DNA of 64,000 bases from assembly GCA_013239625.1 (NCBI GenBank), contig MU053917.1, forward strand, positions 82,170 to 146,169, read 5' to 3'. This document shows positions 25,501-37,013 of the stretch, one piece after another (positions within the stretch are counted from its first letter, which is position 1; every line of letters starts with the position of its first letter). The notes beneath the pieces were generated by a model. The model worked only from the letters and a program-made list of their open reading frames with translations, was not told the DNA's origin and searched no databases. This DNA is from Lama guanicoe (lineage: Eukaryota). The translations under genes and the position numbers were made by a program.

Positions 25501-28500
25501 TCAGACTGGCACACTGCCTACCTGGTGCAGACAGTCTGAGCGTGGAGAGCTGCTCAACTCGGGGCTCCCTTGGGACTCTGGTCCAACACCCTGGTGACTC
25601 CCCTCCCCTAACTTGGCCATTACTGAACACTGTCCCAGGAGTGGGGCATTCCTTACTCTGGAAAGAACCCCAGTCGGCCCTTTCTGGAGCTCCCCCGCCT
25701 ACCCCTCCACCACGACCTAGGGCGATGGGGCGGGGGCGAGGCCCAGGGGAGGAACTCAGCCACCAGTTCCTCTGGGCAGGGTGGGTCACTCTGCACCCGC
25801 CCAGGTGGTCTCCTGGAGCAGTGGGACTGGTGCCACCAGCGCTGTTGCTCTGGTCATGAGGGGGCTGGAGACAGAAACAGCACATTCTTGAATCCTGTGA
25901 TCACTTCCCAGGAGAGGCCCACAGCTGGGGGACCCAGCCAGGCGAGGATACAGTCCCTTGCTCTGCAAATGGCTGCCCAGTCGGCTTCATCTGCTGCCTG
26001 TCACTGGCCTGGCCACACGGATCTGACCGTGCAGGGAAGGGGTGGAGGGAACGGGTTCAGGGCAGGAGGCAGAGGGGTGTGGGGGCAGCTGTTCAGGAGG
26101 CCCAAGTGCGCACACCAATGTCAGTTAAGCCTGGACCACGTGGCCTGCACTGACGCCTGCCTGAACACAACACTCCTGCCAGGTCTCTGGCCATCACTGC
26201 CCATCTGAGGAGGAAACTTCTGGGCCAGCAGTATGGGTGGGGTGAACTGTTCCCCGGGCTGGGGGCTTGGAGAGGGTTATCCATCTAGCCAGTTCCTGGA
26301 CAGCAGCATTCATGGCAGGTGATGTGGCCAGAGCAGGGGAAGCTTGGAAGCCTTGAAGGGCAGATATGGAGAGGGAGGGGCTTTGGGGGGAGAGGATGGT
26401 CCAAGCCAAGATGAATACAGGACAGGGTTTAGGGAGAACAGAGACATCTAACTGGGATGAACAGGAATGGGGAGGGGGCAGGAGGCAGAGAAGAGGCCCA
26501 GATATGCTTTTCTGGGTTGGGAGAGGGGGGCCTACCCTTCACCCTGACCCACAGACCAGGCTCCTGGTCAGGGCCCTCGACCCAAATACCCCGCAGCACG
26601 GTCACCAAGCCCTGTGATTCCAACTCTGAATATTCCCCAAACCTGGCCCCTTTCCCTTCTCCGGACATTGGGGCCCACACACCTTGGCCCTCCAGTGGTG
26701 AAGCCTCAGCCTTTCCTCTCCTCCGTCCTCCCTCCTCCCCAGCTTCTCCAGTCTCCATCCCAGGACATCATCCATGCAGGTGCAGAGAGCCTCACCCCCC
26801 AAACTCCAGGCCGCCAGCCTCAGGGCCCACCCAGCACCCACATCATGCTCATTTGGGCTGAATCTTCCCTTCGTGACGATGGGGACAGCTCTCTGGACCT
26901 TGCTCATGCTGTACCCCTCCTGGTACACCCCCTCTTTCTCTAATGAGCTCCTACTCCTCCACCAACACCTGGTGCAGGCGCCACCTCCGCCAGGAAGGCC
27001 CCCCCCCCCAGGCAGCCTCCCCCTGGGCAGGGCCAGGCTCTCCTGGGCTCCACAGATCCAGCACTTGCCCAGTTTCCTTCTTTGCTTCCCTCTTGGACTG
27101 GGCTCCAGAGATCCTCGCCTTGGTCCAGGGCCCCATGCAGTCAGGGCTGGGATAGTGATTGGGGCAGTAGTCGACCACCTGGGATCTTTCTCTCTCTCTT
27201 TCTTTCACTTGTTCATTCATTCATCCATTCACCGAGGGTCAGGGCTGGGGTTCTGGGCAAGGGGGCAGAGGGTGTCCCAGCCCCTGTAGAGCCGGGATGT
27301 CAAAGTGAGGCCGGCGGGAGCCTGGACAGCTGACAGATGGCCCTTGTGCAGCCTTGCGGCGGCAGCTAATGATTCCCCATCTTCAGTCATGCCTGGTTGG
27401 CAGGGCCCTTTCATCCGGGTAAATGAGTGCCTGGGGCCAGGGCTGGCTCTGGGAATCGGCCTTCCGGGGCCAAGGAGGGAGGCCCAAGGAAAACACATGG
27501 CTGCACCCATCCCGGGCCCCCAGCGAGCCGGGGAGACAGAACAACACTGGTCGGAGGGCGGCTTCCCGGCAGACGGCACGCCCGGGCCTCACTGACCCGT
27601 GCCCTCACCTCCTGCCCGCCCCCGCTCTGTCCTTCAGCAAAGGTGCACAGAGCTCCATGTGCATACTGGGCTTTCACTGAACCGCCATTTATTAAGTGCC
27701 AAATGCAGGCCAGGGCCTACACCAGGCATGAGGGTGGGGAGTGGGAGAGACGGAGTAGGGGATCTGCACTTATTAAGCACCTTCTCTTGCTGGGCCTGGA
27801 ACCATGGAGAGGTGCCTCCCTGAGCCATGATGGGTGCACACACTGACTTTGCCACCTGCTGCTCTGTGACCTGCAGCAAGTCCCACTGCCCTCTGAGCCT
27901 CAGTTTCCTCATTAGGGCATCGACTCTCAGCTCCCTGGAGGGTGGTGAGAATGTAGCGAAACACATTTGATAAATGTCCACCAGGCTCTGCCAGGTACTG
28001 GCTTCTCACTGACCCTCACGAGGCCCTGTGTGTCGGGCCCTATGGCCAGCAGCCCCATTGAACGGATAAGGATACAGGCTCAGGGAGCAGGAAGCACTGA
28101 TGCATGGTCACACAGTAGGAAGAGGGGAGCGGGCTCCAGGTCAGGTGGAGGTGGGGGCCACATGTCCGGGGCCAGAAACAATGGAGTGCAGCTGGCTTAT
28201 GGTGCACCCTGCACTGCCCACACACTCGTCCCCACCCTGAATTTAGGGTATTTTCTCACAGAAACCCATGGAAATGTGTCCTCAGTCTACTGATCAGTCA
28301 AGTGGGCTGGACGCTAGCCTGGGTGAGTGACACTGGGCCCTGGACCTGGTGTCCACCCTGCCTGCCCTGATGATGCCAGGACACTCCACAAGCTGCTGTC
28401 CTGGGAGCTTCTAGGCCACTGTGAATGCCCCGCAATCCCCTTTCCCCCCACCCTTTTCCTAGGACACCCCGCCTAGAATCTTCTGCCAAGGAACCTGGTT

Positions 28501-31500
28501 AACTTGTATTGTTATGTAGCGTCGAAATGTCCATAGTGTCTTTTAAATCTTTGTGACCTACACTGGGTACTGGGGGCGGGGGAAATGGCCGTGCTGTTCC
28601 CGAGCCAGGCCCCTCTTTCTGCTTGAAACAGACCCTTGGACCCCCTGATGCCACCAAGTCATCCCACTGTCCCTCAGCCACCAGGTGTCCCTGCCAAGAC
28701 CCCACTCTCCCCGCAGAATGTGTCAGCAGCAGCCCTTCCCTTGGGTGAGGGTGGGGGTGGCACTGTGGCCCAGGCGGGATGGTGGTGGCCGAGGCGCTGC
28801 ATGTCCCTGCAGTGTCCCACTCCAGGAGAGCTGGCAGGTTTCTGACGGGCTGCGTCTGGCCTCCCCGGGAGGGGAGCGCTCAGCTCCAGTAAAGCTGGAA
28901 CCAGAGAGTGTGTGTGTGGAGCCCTGCGATATCTCTGTGGCCCTTGCCCCTGGCAGGGGGCACACAGGAGCTACCCGCTCCAGGACAACCCCCAGCCCCC
29001 GCAGCCCTCATGTGGCTCCCGCCCTTCTGACTTCCTCTCCTCTTTCTGTGGGCTGGGCTGGGCCATGCTGATGGTCTTTTCCACCCCACCCTCCCCCACG
29101 CCTCACACCTTTCCCAGGTCCCATGGCCGGGGGGTCTTGAGGGGCACAGGGAAATCTTGTCCCATCTGCCTCCAGCGACTCATGGGGGCTGGGTCCAGAC
29201 TCTGAAGCCTCCTTAGACAGCCTAGGTCAAGCTGCAGGGACAAGAGGGCCTTGGCCTGATGCCATTGGGCTGGGTGGGGACTGCTCTCAGGAGAAGGCGG
29301 AGCCCGGGGATGGGCGACCTGCAGCCCGGAGGCCCCAGCCCCAGCTGTCTCCCTCTGTGCCTCCCTTCCCCTTCTGCCCCCAGCTGGGCTCTGGCCTCAG
29401 GGTCACACAGCTGGTGAGAATCAGAAGCAGGATTTTAATTCAGGTCTTCTGGTGTCTTCCTTCTACCCAAGTCAGAGGCCTCCTCCCACGAGGGGAAACG
29501 ACGGCCCCGGGGATCTGTCCGAGGCCGCACAGAGATGAGTGGGCAGAGGGGGTCTCGGGGAGGGGTTGAAGCAACACTTTTCTTCTACCAAAGGCAGAAC
29601 GGGGAAGACGGGGTTAGACATCAGCAGGTGGGGTCTGGGTCAGACACCTGGGTGAACTTCATGACTCCCAGAGCTGGAAGACGGGGAGGGGGTCAGCAGG
29701 ATGGGGTTGTGGGCCTGGTAAAGGGAAGAGGGGACGGTAACCTGCTTTGGGCCGGCCTGGGGCAGTTGGAACTGTGGTTCAGGGAACCTGAGGGGCCCAG
29801 GACAGGGAAGAGAGGTGAGTGGGGGCTGGAGCTGCTGGCACCCAGGCAGACGGGCAAAGTGGTCCCCTGAGCAGAACAGCCAGTGCCGCTTGTGGGAGAC
29901 AGCCCTGGGGCACGACCCCTGGGAGCCAGGACGCTCAGCTGGATGTCAGCTTGGGTCTCCCCGGCCACCGGCCCTGTCCTTCCCTCCTCTCCCTCTGACC
30001 TTGTGCCCACCTTCCTTCTCTGTGATGCCACCCTCCCTGCTCAGCAGGCCCCTGGGCTTGCATGACCTGGGGACTCAGAGCTGCCTGCCTGGGCATCCCG
30101 GACCCTTGGGAATCAGAACTCATAGGTCTTGGAGGGCCTGGGGTGTCACAGGCCTGGCACCCATGGCAGTGCCCAGCAGAGGCCTGAGAGGTGGGCAGCT
30201 GGCCCACTGAAGTCCCTGGTGAGGGGACTTCAGGGCCTGCCTGCAGCTTGCCCTGGGGGAACACTGCTTCTAGGGTGTCAGGGGTGAGCAGCGCTCGGGC
30301 CAGAACTGCCTGGCCCATTCCCCTGGCTGGCTTGTCCTCTTCTGCTCTGGACTCCATGCCCCTCTGAGCACAGCTGCGATCCTCAGCCACCTGGGACGCT
30401 GGAGAACGGAAAGCCCTCGCAGCCTCGCGAGGAAGCAGCCCAGATGCAGGCAAGGCCGGCCCAGTATCAGGAGTCTCTTTACTCCACCTGTAGGCAGAGG
30501 CCGGTGGCCGGCAGGGCGGCCAGGGCTGGGCCACCCTCCAGGAGCTGGACACAGGTGGCCTTGCTCATCCCGCATAGGTGGCCAGCCCACCCACCCTGCA
30601 GCCCGAGGGTGGCCTCTAGGACTCCAGTCCTTCTGGACTGGCCCAGTGGGAGGGAGGGTCTTGTGGGCAACACTGGGCAGGACCCCTGTGGAGGCGTCTC
30701 CAGTGTCTGCAGCTCTGCAAGCCCCCTGCCTGAGCTGCTGGGGCTGGGCTGCAGCTGGGGCCTTTCTGCTGCCCTGCCATGTGCTGCACCCCACAGCCCC
30801 AGAGTGGGTGGGAGGCTTTGCCCAAGTCCCTCCCCTGGTTTCTGCCTCAAACCCTCACTTCTGGCTCCCGAGCCCCCTTTCCCACCCAGCAGGATGGGAG
30901 AGCACATCCGACCATCCCCACATTCCTTCGTTCTCTTGTCCATCACCGCTGATCTCCTCAGGGCCCAGAGCTTGGCTGGGCGTGGTGGAGCCCCAGAGCT
31001 GAGCTTGCAGTGCAGTCCTCCCTTCATAGGCCCAGGCCAGGATGGGGGACAGAAGGATGAATAACAAGTCCCTTAGTGTCCCCCCACCCCTGTCATACCC
31101 AAGGCTGCCGTGGAGGGAGAAGGGGCTGGGAGCTCAGAAGGGCAGGGAACTGACTGTGGGGGAACATGGGGCTGTCAGCAAAGCTTCCTGGAGGAGCTGG
31201 CATCTGGGCTGATGAGTTAAAAGAAAGGAAGGAAAGAGGAGGGTGGGGAAGGAGGCAGGAGGGAAAGAGCTGCCTCTGGCTCAGTGATGGAGGAGAGTGG
31301 GGTCTGGGCTTGGACTGGGGGTCAGCTGGAGGGACCCGGAGCACGGAGTTTGCAGAGCATTGGGTTGTGCGTCATGGGGAGAGAGGAGCTTGGAGAGCTG
31401 CCCCCACAGCTGACAAGGTTCCAGAAGGTTCTGGAAGGCCAGAAGGGAACTTTGCACTGGAGCCTTGTAGGAAAGTCTCTCAAACAAGAGTCATCAGGCT

Positions 31501-32419
31501 GAGGGGCTGTGGGGAGGAGGGCTGGGTGCTGGGGCCCCTCCTGAAGCTGCTCCTCCCCGTCTCCACCCCTCCGCTGGGCCTGGTGGCCAGGGCTGTCGGT
31601 TGTCCTACTCGGCTGGCTGCTCCTAGGGTCCTCATGAGACCCAGATGGGCCTGGCCTGGTGGACACTGAGCCGGCCGCCCGGGCTCCCCACACCTCCCCC
31701 TTTGAGCTCTCAAGGCCAATGCCAGGGCATTGATCTCCTGGTCAACTGGCCTGGGAAGGGGTTGCCCTGCCCACTGAGGAAGTGGGGATGGCCTTGTCTA
31801 TGGGTCCTGACACAGAAGGGATGGCTGATGGCTGCTTCCCAGGGAAGGAGGATCGATTAAATCTCAACACAAACACCCTAGGAGAGGGAGGGCAGCTGAC
31901 GGCGTCAGATCTGAGTCACCAGACTGTCTCCAGGTGCTGGGAGTGTGCCCACTGCTGGGAGGAGCACTCATCTCGCTCTAGTGGAAGGGCCTGCGGGCCA
32001 TCAGGGTCTGCAGTGCAGCTCCCCGAGGAGACTTTGGGAGCAGCCCTAGGCGGTCCAGTGTGGGGCAGGCCTCTGGCCACACTAGAAGGACTTTCTCACT
32101 GCCTCAGCTCCTGGAAGGAGGGAGTTCCCTGTCACTAGGGAATTCAAGCATGGTTTGATCTCTATGTGGTGAAGAAGGAGGTGTGTAGCCCCCATAGTGT
32201 TCTGATTCCATGATTCTCAGATGCTGAGAGTCTGTGCTCTCTGTCTAGGGTCTGGAAGTCTTGGTTCTGTGGTTGGAAAAGGTCACAGTTCTGGTCCAGG
32301 GTCCTGGGTTGAGTGGGGATGGGTGGTGTTGGGCTCTGGGAAGGCTGCGTTGCCCTGGCCCTCTTCTCCTGTGCCTGACCCTGGAGTCTCCTCTGGAGGT
32401 GAGAAGCACTTTGTCTCAC

Positions 32420-33100
32420 CCTTATTCATTTGCTCCATAAGTATTATTGCACACCTCCCATGTTAGGCACCAGGGATCTAGCAAAAGTCTTGCCCACGTG
32501 GAGACGACAGTTTGGAGGGGCATAAGAAAACAAACATCTATTAGAAATGCAATAAACATCATAAACCATAAAGTGTTCGGCATGGAAAAAGGTAATCAGG
32601 GCTAAGGAAGAGCCAAGGCAGGTTATGTAAGCTGGGCGGGTGGTCAGAGTGGACCACAGTGAGATGGTTGACCTACCACTTGAAGGAGACAAGGGAGGAA
32701 GCCATAGAGGATGTTCCAGGCAGAGGGACCAACCAGGCCAGCATCCCGGAGGGGAGAGAATGGTTGGTGGGTTAAGGGAGCTGCAAGAGGCTGGAACAGA
32801 GGGAGGGTGGGAGGGCAGAGGACAAGTGGGAAGACAGGCAGCAGGCTGGGGTGCCCATGGGCCACCGTGAGGACTTGGGCATCCCCCCAGTGATAGGCAC
32901 TTGAGGTTTTCTGCAGACAGTGCTGTGGTCCGCCTTCATCTCTGATAGGATTGAATAGGATCTCTGCTGCTGTGCAGGGAAAAGGGATGGGGTGGAAACA
33001 AGGAGACGGGTCAAGAGGCTACTGTATCCGTCCGGGAGAGCTGCAGTTGTGGGAGAAGCCGTGGATTCTGGGTGTATTTTTGTAGTTGATCAGGCCCTAG
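32420..33100 (-). mobile_element. Degraded L2 fragment
   Basis: 'attcatttgctccataagtattattgcacacctcccatgttaggcac...tgttccaggcagagggaccaacc...gtgaggacttggg'. Confidence 0.6.
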
Positions 33101-34559
33101 ACAGGAACCCTGGGGAGGGGAGGGCCAGAGAAGGCCCAGGAGTGCCTGGCTAGGCCGGGCACCCAGCTGCCTCTCAGGTGTAGGGGGCAGGGACTTTCCC
33201 CAAGGCACACAGGGTTGGGAGGGACCAGGGCACAGGCCGGCCTCCTGCTCAGCGGGCCTGGCCCTTCTTTACCCCTGTGGCCTGTGTGTGGAGTGGCTGG
33301 CTGGCTGATCCTTTGCTTTGTGACTTTAGCCCTCTGTGCCTCTGGAAGATAAGACAAGAGTGCCTGTCTAGGGGCTGTGAGGAGGGTCCGGGGAGACAGC
33401 CTGTGGATGCTCAGAAGACGTCATCAGCCTTTCTCTCCTCCTCACCCCCACCATCCAGTCCAACTGAGGGGCAGAGGGTAAATGTGCCCCCCAGGCTGGC
33501 AGCCAAACAAGGGCACTGGGACACCCCTCTGACACTCGCCCTGCTAGTCCCCTCTTTGCTGGGGTGGCTCACGGGCAGGGTAGGGGATGCTGTAGGGGTG
33601 GATGGGCTCCTCCCCACCGTCCTCCCCTCCCCTTCCCCCTCATGAAGGCAGTCGTCTCCCTGGGGAATTCTCCCTGCCGACCGACCCCTGCCAGCTCCGA
33701 CCAGAGCAGGCCCCATTGGCTCTGGAAAGATACCAAGGGCCCCACCCTGGTGTGCCCATAGCTCCTTACAATGTACAAATTTCCCTATGACCATTATCTG
33801 ACTCAGTCTTAACCCTCGAGAGCCCCTGTCCCCATCTCCTCCTCATCTTTGGGGTCCCCCTCGGCTGGTGCCTTCCCCTCTTGGTTCCTTCTAGGGGGCT
33901 CTTCACCCCTTGCTGGCCCCTGACTGAGGTTGGGCGTCAGGGTCCCCAGGGGTCCTTCTGTCTCCCTTCTCCGGGTTCTCATGGTCACAAGGTGTCTGTG
34001 ATTCTGAATCTCTGCCTCCCTGGCCAGGGTGTCCATCCACCTCCTTGAACCTCTGGCTCCTGCAGGTGGCACCCAGTGTCTCTCCCAAACTGCCCCTCCC
34101 CACTGACTTCCCAGGGCCACTGGGCTCCTCCTCCCAGTCTGGCAGACCCCCCTCCCTCCAGACCCCCAGGTTCACATCCCAACTATACCCCTGGAGCGCT
34201 GCCCAGGGCACCCAGTGCAGCCAGGGCTTCAGGCCACCTGGAGGCACCCCTCGTAACTTCACAGCCCCCTTGAACCCACGGATCACATTTCCCAGATCTG
34301 CCCTCCACCCTCGCCCATCTGCAGCCCCTCCCTCACCCCTCCTTTGGGGCCCTGCTCCCTCTGTTACTCCCAGGCCCATCTGCAGCCCCTCCCCCACCCC
34401 CACAGGCCCCTAGTCACCCCTCAGCTGGGACGTGGCTTCTTCTAGGACCCCCTGGTTGTGTTAGTGTCATCTGTGTGTTGGTGAAGAGGGATTAATACCA
34501 CCATCGGGTGAAGGGGGGCCAGGATTGTGTCCAAGCCCCTGACGTGGGGTGAGTTCCCC

Positions 34560-34790
34560 GCCTGTCATGCTGGCGCAGTGAAGCGTGTGGGGCCCAGGGA
34601 GGGCGGGCCTGGCCTGAGGTCACTGCTCGCCGCCCCCGCCCCGGCGGGCGGTGGGTCGGCCCCACAGCTTGCTCTGAGGCCGCGGCCGGCCGCGGTGGTG
34701 GTTCCAGTTGCGGAGAGAGGAAGGCAGCTGTCTGTTTTTCTTGCCGTTAATGGGAGTGGCTGGGGCGGGGACCGAGGGAGCTGACCCCGC
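34560..34790. promoter_or_regulatory. Small CpG-rich element with GC boxes
   Basis: Local CpG cluster, GGGCGG/CCGCCC boxes, TGAGGTCA and the palindrome CCGCGGCCGGCCGCGG (34680-34695). Confidence 0.35.
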
Positions 34791-36682
34791 TGGTTCTCAC
34801 ACTGGCACAGGCTCCAGAGGAGCCCCCGAAGGAGACAGGCCGCGGGGGGCTTGTGGGGCTGGGCCCTCCCACTGCACCCCTGGGGCAGCCGGCCAAAGCC
34901 AGTTCCACGGGCCAGTTCCTGGAGCGGGATGTTGGGGTTTCCGAGGTCGGAAAGGAGCTGCCAAACCTTGATTCATGATGTCACCGGCCCAGCCCCAGCC
35001 CTGGCCCAGGCCCCGGCCCTGCCACCACCTATCGGGGGACAGTGGGCACCCTGGGGTCCACGCAGAGCCTCTGCAGTGCCCAGGGAGGACTCAGGTGCCT
35101 GTCCCAGGGCGGCCCCGCGCATGCCCGCCCCTCAACACCCAGATCGCTGCTGCTGGCGCCGCCAGCCCTGGGAGCCCCGGGGGGTGGGGACCAAGTCTCA
35201 CCGTCCCTGGGCCTGGCCTCAGTGGCATCGAGGGGGTGTTTCCGAACCAAGAGAACATCCTTCCAAGATGCAGTGATTCACTAGTGCTGGGAGGCTCTCC
35301 CAAGGTCAGCTGACCCTCCTCCCGGCAGGCCTAGAGCTCGGCCCCCAGCCGGGACAGAGACTCCTGCCCGGCTCCGGGCCCCAAGTGCTGGGCAGAGGGC
35401 CAGCCGTCTGCTCGAGATGTCCCTTCCCCAGCCTCCCAAGTCCAGGACCCCTCCCAATGGGGAGCGTATGGATGAGAGGAACCAACTTCCTACTTTTCTG
35501 GGATTTCCAGTTCTCAGCCACAAACACCATTTTTTCTGGACCTTTTTAATGAAGTATAACCCACAGGAAAGTGGACACAGAAGTGAACAGCTCGACGAAT
35601 TTTCACAAACCAAGCCTGCACGTAAGCGGCACCAGATCAGAAACAGAACGTGGAGCTCCTGGGCCCCCTGGAGCTCCTCCTGGCTGTGGTCCCCCCGGGG
35701 GCCACAGCCCTCACACCCGCCGGCTCTGTACCTTCCAGGGATGGGTCGCGCAGCCTGTCCCCTCAGCTGTGGCTTCTGTGTTGACTGAGTTTGTAAGGGA
35801 AGGTGACCGTGTGAGGTGAGAGATCTGTGAGTTAGCTGGATGGCGGGAATCATCACACAAAGCGCCTGTTTGATCAAAGCCTCAGGTTGTGCCTCTTAAA
35901 TACACTTTTTAAGCGTCAGTTGTATCTCAATCAATCTGGAAACAAAGGATGCATCAGTAAACAAAAATTGGGAGAGTCACCCATGCTATTGTGTGTGGCT
36001 GTAACTCATGTCATTTTTTTTAAATAGACTTTTTCAGAGCAGTTTTGGTTTATTAAAAAAATTGAGGAAAAATTACAAAATTCCCGTATATTCCATTCCC
36101 CCTACAGTTTCCCCTGTTACTAACATCTCCCATTACCGTGGTGCACTTCCTACAACTGATGAGCCAACACTGACACCTTTTTATTCATTAAGTCCATAGT
36201 TTACATCAGGGTTTACTCAGTGTTATGCCTTCTGTAGGTTTTGACAAATGTATGGTGACATGCACCCGCCATGACAGTATCACACTGTGCTCCACCTGTT
36301 CGCCCCTCCCTCCCCCAGCCCCTGGCAACCACTGATCTTCTGCTTTTTCCCGAATGTCCTAGGTTTGGGATCATACAGTATATAGCATTTTCAGAATGGC
36401 TTCTTTCACTTGGTGAAATGCATTTAAGTCTCCTGCATATATTTTCACAGCTTGATAGCTTGTTTCTTTTTAGCACTGAATAATATTCCATTGTCTGGGT
36501 GTATCACAGTTTGTTTATCCATTCACCTGTTGAAGGATATCTTCGCTGCCTCCAAGTTTTGGCAGTTATGAATAAAGCTGCTAGGAACATCCATATGCAT
36601 GTTTTTGTGGGACATAAGTTTCTACTTCTTTGGGTAAATGCCAAGGAGAGTGAATGCTGGAATGTATGCTAAGAGTATGTTT

Positions 36683-36850
36683 GGGGGAGGGTATAGCTCA
36701 GTAGTAGAGTGTGTGTTTAGCATGCACGAGGTCCTAGGTTCAATCCCCAGTACCTCCGTTAAAAAAAATGAGTAAATAAATAAAGAAATTTAACTACCTT
36801 CCCACTTCAAAAATAAATAAAATTACAAAAAATCAAAAATAAAAAAAAGA
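36683..36850 (+). mobile_element. tRNA-Ala-derived SINE (vic-1-like)
   Basis: ggggagggtatagctcagtagtagag...ggttcaatccccagtacctcc, with Pol III A and B boxes and an A-rich tail. Confidence 0.88.
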
Positions 36851-36873
36851 CCCTCTTAAGAATCTTATTAAAT

Positions 36874-37013
36874 GGGGAGGCTACAGCTCAGTGGTAGAGC
36901 ATGTGCTTAGCATGCATGAGGTCCTGGGTTCAATCCCCACTACCTCCACTAAAAATAAACAAATAAATAAATCTAATTATACCCCCCACCAGTAAAATCT
37001 TCAAAAAAAAAAA
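36874..37013 (+). mobile_element. tRNA-Ala-derived SINE (vic-1-like), second copy
   Basis: ggggaggctacagctcagtggtagagcatgtgcttagcatgcatgaggtcctgggttcaatcccc plus A tail. Confidence 0.9.

Noticed and set aside
36874..36950. tRNA-Ala gene
   Set aside because: Extra 5' Gs, imperfect stems, a SINE body and A tail with TSD, and several diverged copies in the window show it is a SINE.
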